Of a stretch of 64,000 nt of DNA, positions 44,931 to 54,174 are shown piece after piece. Where the stretch lies: positions 1-64,000 of the IMG/VR virus record IMGVR_UViG_3300033145_000668; one strand, given 5' to 3'. Source of the stretch: a virus. The position numbers and the translations under genes are program-made. The notes under the pieces were generated by a model, which saw only the letters and a program-made list of their open reading frames with translations, searched no databases and was not told the origin of the DNA. Every line of letters starts with the position of its first letter. The first letter of the stretch is position 1.

Positions 44931-46644
44931 CTTTTTTCATTAACCTCCAATCTGGTACTTTAGCCATTACTATTAAATTATTTTTTTGTGCAAATTCATC
45001 AACAGCAATTTTAACTCCAGGATGATTTGGTTTAATATCATAATCGTGTCCGCATATAATTCCACCATCTTTCAACATAGGATAATAATTTTCTATATCT
45101 TCCTTTACACTTTTATATGCATGATTTCCATCTAAATAAATAAAATCAATGTTATTAGGAATATCTTCAAGTGCGTCGGTAGCTGATTTTTTAATTCTAA
45201 TTATTTTATCTTCACTCCCCTTCAATAATATATTAGATATTTTTTCAGCATCTTCAAAAGACGAGACCTTTAAACTTGTATCCATAGTAGATATGCCATC
45301 TTTAAAATCATCAAACTCGCAATAAGGGTCTATTAGATATAATTTGTCTATATTCAAGTTTTGTAAAATAGATAATGCATTTTCGCCTTTCCAGGTTCCA
45401 ACTTCAACTGCAACTATTTTTTTATCTTCAAACTCTTTCATTGCTATTTCTGTTGAGGGTCTTAATTTTATTTCTTTTATAACCGGACTTGGACATTTTT
45501 TAAAATACATTATATTTCTATACGGTCTACTACTTTTTTCATCATAAATTAATTCAAAATTATGTTTTAATGATAGTTCAAGTAATTTTTCTCTATCGCA
45601 ACCTTTAATATTTTCTTGCATTCTTTTATATCCTTCCTGAACTCCAGAACTAAAACCTTCAAACTGGACTTCCATAATTACTTCATTTGAATTACTAAAT
45701 GCATCATTTAAAAATCTTTCTGTATTAGGAACATGATGTAGCATATTTAATATTAAAATAATATCGTGTCTTTCTGGTAATTTATCTTTACCTGCTTCGT
45801 ATTTCTTAAAATCCATATTAGTAAAACATTTTACTTTTGCTATCTCTCCTGCTGTGTCACAAGCTTGTTGAAATAAATCGTAACCAACTATTCTATTTGC
45901 TCTCATATCTCCAACCTTAAAACAATAATAACCGTTTAAACAACCTATATCTGCAACTGATTTATTTTTCCAATTAACTAAATCCTTTATTTGATTCCAA
46001 GTTTCTATTTCATATCCAGCATATCCTCCTATTTGATAACCATAAGGCAATGATATAGTTTGATAAAATTTATCATAATTAGTTCCATTTAGCGATTCTG
46101 CTGGTAATTTTTTCAAATCTTCAATTATTTTAATTACTTTATTTTCATCAACACCAATTATTATTTTCATCATTTTAGCATATTCTGTAATATTTTTAAA
46201 TTTACCATTTATTGCATGATAACACTCTGCATTAGATAAATTGAAATTTTTATAAATTTTTTCATATGCATTAATAACAAATCTTTTATCTACTCTATCT
46301 GGATTAATTCCTGAATCTCTTGATTGTATTCTATTCACTATTGTCTCTGCGTCTGTAAAAATTATAATTGGTTTAATAATATGAGTTTTTAATTTAGATT
46401 TTAAATACATAAAATTTTTACCATGCATCTTTCCATTTATAATTGATAAATATCCATCTAAAAATATATCGTCGTTTGGTTTGTCTTCGCATTCTTCTAC
46501 AACTTTATCCATTGATAAATTGAACTCTTCTTCCGTTCCATAAATTGGTAATATATCGGCTGGTATTACAAATCCGCCTATTGACTTCGCAAATGTTGTT
46601 TTTCCACTTTCTCCCATTCCTAATAATATTTTTAGTTCAGCCAT
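44923..46644 (-). CDS. P-loop kinase + two class I methyltransferase domains
   Basis: GMGESGKTT; ADIGCLNGYY; VEVGTWKG...FIYLDGNH.Y..GHDY. Confidence 0.82.
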   Translation of the reverse strand: MAELKILLGMGESGKTTFAKSIGGFVIPADILPIYGTEEEFNLSMDKVVEECEDKPNDDIFLDGYLSIINGKMHGKNFMYLKSKLKTHIIKPIIIFTDAETIVNRIQSRDSGINPDRVDKRFVINAYEKIYKNFNLSNAECYHAINGKFKNITEYAKMMKIIIGVDENKVIKIIEDLKKLPAESLNGTNYDKFYQTISLPYGYQIGGYAGYEIETWNQIKDLVNWKNKSVADIGCLNGYYCFKVGDMRANRIVGYDLFQQACDTAGEIAKVKCFTNMDFKKYEAGKDKLPERHDIILILNMLHHVPNTERFLNDAFSNSNEVIMEVQFEGFSSGVQEGYKRMQENIKGCDREKLLELSLKHNFELIYDEKSSRPYRNIMYFKKCPSPVIKEIKLRPSTEIAMKEFEDKKIVAVEVGTWKGENALSILQNLNIDKLYLIDPYCEFDDFKDGISTMDTSLKVSSFEDAEKISNILLKGSEDKIIRIKKSATDALEDIPNNIDFIYLDGNHAYKSVKEDIENYYPMLKDGGIICGHDYDIKPNHPGVKIAVDEFAQKNNLIVMAKVPDWRLMKKDE

Positions 46645-47528
46645 TCATCCACCTGTTCTTTTATTTTATTATAACAATCACTATCTGCATTTACAAATAA
46701 ATAATTTTTATTTTCTAAATATTCTTTTCTCATTACTATTTCCGCCGGTCCTGCTCCCGTACTATCTGGAGTTGCTATAATTGTTGGTTTATTAGAATGA
46801 AATCTATGGTAAGTAAACATTGAACTACTTCCAAACATATAATCAATTGTTCTGATATAATAAAATAATTCACTTATAGTTAACTTACTTCTTAAATCAA
46901 TAATAAGTCTATTACTAATATCTAAATTAATTTCTTCTAAATTTCCAATCAAAATACATCTTATATTATTACCGGTGCAATATTCAATAAATTTTTTATA
47001 AAATGTTTCATTAATAAAGATTCCTTTTTTTCTTACATGTATCAAAAGAATTTTAGGACTATTATTTGCTGACTCTAATGGTTTTCTTTCTAAATCTAAT
47101 AAAATATTTTCACCATTTTTCCATTCATAAATTTCCTTTCCCATTACAGCAGAAATAAAAATATCATTATCGTTAATTTTATCTTTCATATATTCTTTTG
47201 TTTCTGATAATCTATAAAATAGAAAATCATTTTTAATATTTTCATAAATAATTCCTTTTTGTCTATCAACACCGTCTGGAAAATAAATATTTTTATAAGA
47301 ACCACATTCTTTTGGGACAATAATCCAATCATCAGAATATCTATTTAATAATTCTTCAGCTGTAAATCTTTCATTAATAAAAGTATTATCATGAAAATAA
47401 ATACAATCTATATATATTTTTATATCTTCTTTTTTAAGATTTTTTTCTTTTAATATTGCTGGTAACATAGCTAAAAGGTCATACCAATCGCCCAACCCAC
47501 ACTGCAGATATAATATTAATTTTGTCAT
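46632..47528 (-). CDS. putative glycosyltransferase (GT9/GT11-like)
   Basis: GLGD start, IHVR, IDLR.KL. Confidence 0.55.
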   Translation of the reverse strand: MTKLILYLQCGLGDWYDLLAMLPAILKEKNLKKEDIKIYIDCIYFHDNTFINERFTAEELLNRYSDDWIIVPKECGSYKNIYFPDGVDRQKGIIYENIKNDFLFYRLSETKEYMKDKINDNDIFISAVMGKEIYEWKNGENILLDLERKPLESANNSPKILLIHVRKKGIFINETFYKKFIEYCTGNNIRCILIGNLEEINLDISNRLIIDLRSKLTISELFYYIRTIDYMFGSSSMFTYHRFHSNKPTIIATPDSTGAGPAEIVMRKEYLENKNYLFVNADSDCYNKIKEQVDEWLN

Positions 47529-47529
47529 T

Positions 47530-47691
47530 TTATTGTTCCCCTCTCATTGCTTTTACCCAACCACTGTAGCCACCAGATGGATATTTCTTTCCATTTTCAT
47601 CTTTACAAAATACATCTTCAAACCATAATTTTTCTTGTGCCACTTCTTTTAATATTCTAATTTCTTCTTGTGTAAATTCTTCTTTACTCAT
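47530..47691 (-). CDS. small hypothetical protein (53 aa)
   Basis: Fills the gap with an ATGA overlap. Confidence 0.45.
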   Translation of the reverse strand: MSKEEFTQEEIRILKEVAQEKLWFEDVFCKDENGKKYPSGGYSGWVKAMRGEQ

Positions 47692-48632
47692 ACAAACTTC
47701 ACATGTTCAGGAATATTTTTAATTTTTTTGAGAGCATCATTATATTGTGAATAATAACAAACGTCACATACCGAACCATCGAAATGTTTTTGTTCTTTAA
47801 ATATGCATTCCAAATCTTCTAGTTCTCCCATTTTCATATTATCTACATAATCCCTATTTTGTCCTATAATAGCATATTGCGCTCCGCAGCATGGAAATAT
47901 TCCTTCTGGAGCAATTACTGGTTTTAATAAACTGATATAACAATCTTTTGTACCAAATGTACTATCTTTTCTTCCTTGATAAATAACCTTCGAATCATCA
48001 AAATTATTTTGAAAATATACCTGCAATAAACTTAAATCTGGAACATTTTTTAAATTTAAAAGGTCAGAAACTAATCTTACATGAGTCATATTCACATCAT
48101 TAGCAAACTTTATTACTTCTCCTATTATTTCATAATTAGGATTATTAGTAACAACGTGACTAAATGCCCAACCTGTGTTTGGATTTTTTTGAATAGCATT
48201 ATATATTTTTGAAAAATTAGGAACTCTATCATCTGAACTTGATATTCTACACCAAGTTAAATTATCATGAAATTTTAATTTATCAATATTATTACCATTA
48301 GAAACTAAACCAACTTCCATTCCTTTTTCTAATGCATAATCTATTGTTTCATTAATTTGTTTATATAACATTGGTTCTCCTCCTCCAGTAATAGTCACAG
48401 CTTTAGTACCATATTCTTTACTAACATCTAATATTCTTTTTATTTCTTCAAATGGTATCTTTTTCTTTTTATCTCTATCTGAACAAGAACAAAATTCACA
48501 ATTTAAATCACAAGCATTTGTTGGAATTAACTGGATGTGATATGGTTTAATTTTATCATTATCGTGTATATTATTATGCATTAATTTAACCGGAAATGAA
48601 CTTGCTGATGTGTATGATTCTACTGATTTCAT
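47688..48632 (-). CDS. Radical SAM protein
   Basis: CDLNCEFC, TGGGEP, PCC...C..C. Confidence 0.9.
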   Translation of the reverse strand: MKSVESYTSASSFPVKLMHNNIHDNDKIKPYHIQLIPTNACDLNCEFCSCSDRDKKKKIPFEEIKRILDVSKEYGTKAVTITGGGEPMLYKQINETIDYALEKGMEVGLVSNGNNIDKLKFHDNLTWCRISSSDDRVPNFSKIYNAIQKNPNTGWAFSHVVTNNPNYEIIGEVIKFANDVNMTHVRLVSDLLNLKNVPDLSLLQVYFQNNFDDSKVIYQGRKDSTFGTKDCYISLLKPVIAPEGIFPCCGAQYAIIGQNRDYVDNMKMGELEDLECIFKEQKHFDGSVCDVCYYSQYNDALKKIKNIPEHVKFV

Positions 48633-49378
48633 TGTGCAAATAATTTCTCCATATCTTTAAATTCTCTAATGTCTAATTTACTTTCATCTTCTTCCATCCA
48701 AATTGCTTTTAATTCACCTTTATCATCATATCCAAATTTTTCTTTATCGTTGATGTATTTTTGTCGTTTCTCTTCTCTTAATTTTTTTGTCATGTGTCCA
48801 AAATGTTTTATCATTACATTAACATTTTGTTCGCTCGGTGTACAATTTTGAGGAATTACGCCACTATGTTCATCTTGAATATCATAAGCAAAATGTGATT
48901 GTACTTTATACATTTCATGTGACATTCTCGCATGTTTATCATTTTCTCCTTTTTTAGGTAGCATAACGTAATGGTCTTCGTCATTTCTCATTTCAAATAA
49001 TGGAAACCCTATACTTTTATCGAATGTATTTAATAAATAAGTTCTAAACGAATTTAAATTAAATTCAGGAACATATTTGTCATGGTCTAAAAGCCAAACC
49101 CATTGACATTTTTCTTCTCTTGCCATATCTAATATTTTTTGATAATCTCTACTCATGTTTCTATTTTTAAAATGTTGTTTATGATATTGAACTACTTTTG
49201 GATGATTAATTAATTTTTCTCTAACCTCATCGTCAGCATCGTTATCAACTACTAAAATTACATCTCCACTTCTTTCAGCGCTTTCAATCCATTCGTTAAT
49301 AAATTCCTTTCCTCCGCGAACTACTAAACCGATGGCGATTTTTGGATTCAATACTATTTCTATTTTTTCTTTATTCAT
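48629..49378 (-). CDS. Glycosyltransferase family 2-like
   Basis: ILVVDN, W..LDHD, IKHFGH. Confidence 0.72.
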   Translation of the reverse strand: MNKEKIEIVLNPKIAIGLVVRGGKEFINEWIESAERSGDVILVVDNDADDEVREKLINHPKVVQYHKQHFKNRNMSRDYQKILDMAREEKCQWVWLLDHDKYVPEFNLNSFRTYLLNTFDKSIGFPLFEMRNDEDHYVMLPKKGENDKHARMSHEMYKVQSHFAYDIQDEHSGVIPQNCTPSEQNVNVMIKHFGHMTKKLREEKRQKYINDKEKFGYDDKGELKAIWMEEDESKLDIREFKDMEKLFAQ

Positions 49379-49515
49379 TTTTTATTCCATTATTTAATTT
49401 ATTTATATATAATTGAAAAGCAAAAAATACTTCTTCTTCAAATGGTTTATCATTTATTCTTCCTTCTTCATTCATAATTCCAGTTAATAATGCTTTTGCT
49501 TCTTTTACGCATTTA

Positions 49516-50811
49516 TCAAATATTTTTTTCGTCATTTTTTCTCCCAATTAAAATCTGTTCATAAAACGACCAATCTTTCGGTGTTTCTTTTATCTCTATT
49601 CCATATGATTCAATTAACTTAATCCATTCTTCTTTTGTTTTTTTCTGTATATGTGTTGAGTCTGCTTCTAAATTTGGGTCTCCTATGAATGGAATTGAAA
49701 ATAAAAATTTCTTTCCATATTTAGATATATTTGTTAATGTTTTATCTAAATCTTCATCTGATAAATGTTCTAAAACATCTATTGCTGTTATTAAATCTGC
49801 TTCGCATCCAATATATTTTTTTTCATTACTAATATCTCCTATTATCATTCCGGAAGTAAATGCATTTTTTATTGCCCACTCACTTATTTCTATTCCTAAA
49901 CTTTTGTTAACATACCACTTCCAAAAGTATAAATAACATCCTCTTCCGCAACCTAAATCTAAAACACTCTCGGGGTTAAAATAGTCATTCCATTGCTTAA
50001 CCATTAAACTATGTTTAACTTCTAATCCTCTATTAGCGAAATAAATCTCATCTTTATCAATACTAAATTTATTTAAAATAATCTCCGGTAACTCAATAGG
50101 ATTTAATTTTGTAACAGGATACATTCCAAATAAATGCGCTCTACTCCAATTATTCAAAAAATCTTTTTCGTGACTAACATCTTTTAGATGTCTCAACATT
50201 TGACCATCATATCTTTTTTTAACATCCCATACACCTCCAACATAGCCCATGTGCCAAATAACACCATTATGAAAATTATAATTTTTTAATTCTTTAGCAG
50301 ATAAAATACAATGTTCTGCATCTGGAAAAAATTTATCATTTGTAATTTTAAATACTCTAATAGGAACAAAATGAATTGGCTTAGTAGAATCTTCATGACA
50401 TAAATTTCCAATTAAGTGTCTCATTCTTGGATTAAACGTATCATTATCTTCCCAATCATGTTCATCTAATAATTTTCTATAAGCAGAAAAATCATCTACT
50501 ATCTCATCAGAGTCCAAATATAAACACCAATAATCTTTATAATTTTCTTTTAAATAATTTAACCAATAATTTTTTTGTTTTGATATTGCTAATTTATCTT
50601 TTTGAATAAATTTATTTTTAATTATATCTATTTTATCGTCTGGTTTTTGATTTCTGCAAAATTCTAGTACCATATCTAATGTATTATCTGTACTCCCACC
50701 ATCGCAAAAAACAATCGCATCTGCGGTTTTAACCGATTCTAAGCACATATCAATTGTATTTTCACAATCTTGCCCCATGATAACACACACTATGCGATTT
50801 TTATTTTTCAT
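49516..50811 (-). CDS. GT2 + class I methyltransferase fusion
   Basis: DGGSTD.T, LDSDE, H.GY; VLDLGCGRG, DVLEHL. Confidence 0.87.
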   Translation of the reverse strand: MKNKNRIVCVIMGQDCENTIDMCLESVKTADAIVFCDGGSTDNTLDMVLEFCRNQKPDDKIDIIKNKFIQKDKLAISKQKNYWLNYLKENYKDYWCLYLDSDEIVDDFSAYRKLLDEHDWEDNDTFNPRMRHLIGNLCHEDSTKPIHFVPIRVFKITNDKFFPDAEHCILSAKELKNYNFHNGVIWHMGYVGGVWDVKKRYDGQMLRHLKDVSHEKDFLNNWSRAHLFGMYPVTKLNPIELPEIILNKFSIDKDEIYFANRGLEVKHSLMVKQWNDYFNPESVLDLGCGRGCYLYFWKWYVNKSLGIEISEWAIKNAFTSGMIIGDISNEKKYIGCEADLITAIDVLEHLSDEDLDKTLTNISKYGKKFLFSIPFIGDPNLEADSTHIQKKTKEEWIKLIESYGIEIKETPKDWSFYEQILIGRKNDEKNI

Positions 50812-50938
50812 TTTGAGTATATATCATTTTTATTTTTCCGCAATTATTACAAATTACTTCTGTTCGTTTTTTTAAATCATTAATCATAATTCTGAATAAT
50901 TTCTTTTTACAATCATCGCATCGTTGTCTTTGTTCCAT
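50801..50938 (-). CDS. small zinc-ribbon protein (45 aa)
   Basis: CDDC...CNNCG. Confidence 0.5.
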   Translation of the reverse strand: MEQRQRCDDCKKKLFRIMINDLKKRTEVICNNCGKIKMIYTQNEK

Positions 50939-50939
50939 C

Positions 50940-52175
50940 TTAATAACTACCCCCCAATTCTTCTATAACTTTTTTCCACTCTTCTTTTAATACATTCCAG
51001 TCGTAGAATTTCATGACAGCATCTCTTCCATTTATTCCCATTTCTTTTCTTTTATCTGGATTATTAAATAAATAATCTAATTTTTTAACACCATCTTTAA
51101 TACTACAAATTCCTCGTTCTACTGCCCACGAACCTGTTATTGTTCCATCTATTATTTCTGTTCCATGAACGTCTGGATTTTCTTCTTCTGTTGTTCCAAC
51201 CAAATTTATTCCTAAACCTGCATTATTATCAATCACAAGTTCTTTAGTAGTAGTATAATTCGTAGCTAATACCGGAACCTGACAAGCCATTGCTTCGATT
51301 ATAGGAATACCAAATCCTTCTCCGGATGTAGTTAATAAAAAACAATCCATTACATTATAAACTTCATTCATATCTTTTTCATCAAATCCTTTATAATATT
51401 TAGTACCAGTAAAAAATACTCTATTTTGAATTCCATATTTATTTATTAAAGAATTAATTGGAAAAACTTGTGCATTATCATCGGGGTCACAATGTAACAT
51501 TAAAACAGCATTAGGATTTAGTTTAGCATATTCTCCCATTATTTTTAATGTTCTATCTAACATTTTTCTTCCTTGATTTCTTGCCACTACTCCAATAACA
51601 AACTTATCATTTACTCCCCACTTTTGTCTTAATCTATTTCTTTCTTCTATAGAAACTGGAAAATAATTTGAAATATCTATTCCGTGAGGTATATGGCGGG
51701 TTTCTAAATTATGAACTTTTTTACATTGTTCTTTACCAAATTTAGCCATCGCTATCGGTACATCTACTTTCCTTAGAATATTTTCACAACCAAGCGGCAT
51801 CCCTCCTCCACCATCTGAGGGAAACCAAAAGATTGTTTTAGCTGGAGATAAATCTAATTCAAGTAAAAATGGATAAAGCATGAAGGTGTCTAAAAGTATT
51901 ATAAGAACATCTATTTTAAACTCCTTAACATAAGTCGATAATAAATCTTTAAAATAAGCTTCTCTACCTTGTCCCATAATTGTGAAGTTTAATTTTCTAC
52001 CATCTTCAAATGTTACTGGAGGAACTATCGTTTGTCCTACATAAGTGTGAGCAAAATATCTAACATTATGTCCTTCTTCTACTAATATGTTTCCTAAACT
52101 TTTTGCCTGATTCGAGTACCCTGTTGTTATAAATGGAGAATCACTTAGTATTCCTATATTAAAACTTGTTTTCAT
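50940..52175 (-). CDS. Glycosyltransferase family 4 (GT-B)
   Basis: TGYS, IPHGID, ARNQGRK, GEGFGIPIIEAMAC. Confidence 0.9.
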   Translation of the reverse strand: MKTSFNIGILSDSPFITTGYSNQAKSLGNILVEEGHNVRYFAHTYVGQTIVPPVTFEDGRKLNFTIMGQGREAYFKDLLSTYVKEFKIDVLIILLDTFMLYPFLLELDLSPAKTIFWFPSDGGGGMPLGCENILRKVDVPIAMAKFGKEQCKKVHNLETRHIPHGIDISNYFPVSIEERNRLRQKWGVNDKFVIGVVARNQGRKMLDRTLKIMGEYAKLNPNAVLMLHCDPDDNAQVFPINSLINKYGIQNRVFFTGTKYYKGFDEKDMNEVYNVMDCFLLTTSGEGFGIPIIEAMACQVPVLATNYTTTKELVIDNNAGLGINLVGTTEEENPDVHGTEIIDGTITGSWAVERGICSIKDGVKKLDYLFNNPDKRKEMGINGRDAVMKFYDWNVLKEEWKKVIEELGGSY

Positions 52176-52178
52176 TTT

Positions 52179-52418
52179 TTATAAGTCAATAACATTTATT
52201 TTTTTTGAATGTATATTAATTTGTTTTTTTGAAAATGGCATTGGTATTGCACCAGACTCTAATATTAGGGAGGTTCCAGATTCATGAACTTTTACATAAA
52301 TATTTTTCCACTTGTTCATAAATTGCACAGGAAGTACAACACCGTAAGTAGGTTGTAGGTTAGCGGGTTTCATTATCACCCTTATTTTTCGAAGCCTGTT
52401 ATTAGTTTTGAATATCAT
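52179..52418 (-). CDS. small protein, possible AbrB-like regulator
   Basis: TYGVVLP...VKVHESG..LILES pattern; first gene of the operon. Confidence 0.5.
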   Translation of the reverse strand: MIFKTNNRLRKIRVIMKPANLQPTYGVVLPVQFMNKWKNIYVKVHESGTSLILESGAIPMPFSKKQINIHSKKINVIDL

Positions 52419-52491
52419 CTATATAGAATATAATAAACAATACATTTGTGCATTTATAAACATATTTACAATAAAGTATATATGTTGTGAT

Positions 52492-53184
52492 TTAAAATAT
52501 CTTAATTTTTTCTCCAGTTTCTATACAAATGTCATAAACATGTAATTTTAATACATCGCCTTCTTTTACTTTTTCGGAAACTCTTCTATATGTATAGTCT
52601 GGAATTTTATCTCCTTCTGTTGGTTTTTTTCTGCATCCTTCTCCTTCGTAATGCCACATACCAAATTCGTTAGGTACGAAATTATAACCTTCTTCTAACA
52701 ATTGTTCTCTAATTTTTAGATTATGTAAACCCTGATGATAAAGTTCTTCACTTTCGCTCAGTACACAATTGCTACAACGAAACGCATATGCAATATTAAC
52801 ATTATTTTCTGAATCTATTATATAACCATTACCTATTCTTTTAAATTTAGTGTCTAAAGGAAATTTAAACATTTTACTGCCGCACAATCTACAAATAATA
52901 AATTCATTTTCTGATAATAAATCTTTTATTTGTTCTTTCATATTCAAATTAATTTTTCTTATCATAACTAATTTTTCTATTTTTTCATTTATTATTTTAT
53001 CTTCATGAGATGGTTGTATTAAATTAACTCCATCTATCTTAAGTAAATCTGCTCGTATATTTTCGAGTTCTATTTCAATATTTTTTAATAAATTAGAAAA
53101 AAAGTTTCTACTAGTATCAATAGTTTTAACTAATCTCAACTCATATCTATTTTCTTTCGACTTTATATAAAATTCAAATTCCAT
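52492..53184 (-). CDS. hypothetical zinc-binding protein
   Basis: CRLCG...CSNC. Confidence 0.65.
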   Translation of the reverse strand: MEFEFYIKSKENRYELRLVKTIDTSRNFFSNLLKNIEIELENIRADLLKIDGVNLIQPSHEDKIINEKIEKLVMIRKINLNMKEQIKDLLSENEFIICRLCGSKMFKFPLDTKFKRIGNGYIIDSENNVNIAYAFRCSNCVLSESEELYHQGLHNLKIREQLLEEGYNFVPNEFGMWHYEGEGCRKKPTEGDKIPDYTYRRVSEKVKEGDVLKLHVYDICIETGEKIKIF

Positions 53185-53250
53185 TTTTTTATAATATAAT
53201 TAACAAATTAGCATTTATAAACAAGTTTATAATTTATTGTTTATATTTTA

Positions 53251-53892
53251 TTATTTATATTCCAGTTCATCCACAGATAACTTTTCTTGTTCGGGTTCAA
53301 TGTCGTTATCTATCATTTCTTTTAATTCTGTTAACTCTTTTAATTTACTTTCGACTAATGGTTTGTCTAACTTCACTGGAAATATTTTATTTATTTGTGT
53401 ATTTTTATTCTCATAAAGTATCATTCCATTTTCTAAATTTGAAAAATATAAATAGAATTGTAATTGAAATATGTGAGAATTCAGAGGTTCTGTTAATTTT
53501 TGAAATGACCATAGGTTCATGGATTTAATTTCAACGATATAGTTTTTTTCACCATCTGTTATTATACAATCTAATCTCCCCTTAACTATGTCATTGGCAT
53601 TAATATCTATTTCACTGGCTACAAGAACTCCCATTTCTGCAAAATACCGTGCATATCTTTCATGCACCGAATCTCCATTATCAAAAACCTTTCTTAGATT
53701 TGCATTTATTTTAAACTGACTTCCTTTCTTTAATGTATCGAACAATTCCTTTTTAGATTTAGTTACCTCAGTAACATAGAAATAATCTCGTATTCTCGGA
53801 GTAGTTTGCTTACTATCTAAGTGAAAGTCTATTGCTTTCTGCAAATCAAACTTATCTTCTTTTTCAAAACCGAGTCTAGATTTTATTGTCAT
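53251..53892 (-). CDS. Cas4-like PD-(D/E)xK exonuclease
   Basis: G..VH, GRLD, IVEIKS, H.FQLQFY, YENKNTQ. Confidence 0.8.
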   Translation of the reverse strand: MTIKSRLGFEKEDKFDLQKAIDFHLDSKQTTPRIRDYFYVTEVTKSKKELFDTLKKGSQFKINANLRKVFDNGDSVHERYARYFAEMGVLVASEIDINANDIVKGRLDCIITDGEKNYIVEIKSMNLWSFQKLTEPLNSHIFQLQFYLYFSNLENGMILYENKNTQINKIFPVKLDKPLVESKLKELTELKEMIDNDIEPEQEKLSVDELEYK

Positions 53893-53942
53893 ATTATATG
53901 CTATCAACAATTTAAATAAAAATAAAATCTAGAATCTCAGTT

Positions 53943-54125
53943 TTATTTTTTCTTTGTTTTGTTGTTTTTAACAGCTTGTTTCATTGCCTTTTCTTGACAT
54001 TTTCTACAAACGTGCTTATTTAGAGTTCCAGCTTCTTCCTTTATCTTGTATTGCTGGTAGTTAGTTTTCTTAACCGCTCCACATTTTTTACATTTTACAG
54101 TGTACATTTTTCCTTGTGTCTCCAT
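53943..54125 (-). CDS. small zinc-finger protein
   Basis: CKKCG...CRKC. Confidence 0.6.
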   Translation of the reverse strand: METQGKMYTVKCKKCGAVKKTNYQQYKIKEEAGTLNKHVCRKCQEKAMKQAVKNNKTKKK

Positions 54126-54174
54126 TTTAATTGGTTATGGCAAGATTATGTCACTTATAAATGTTTGCTTTTTG

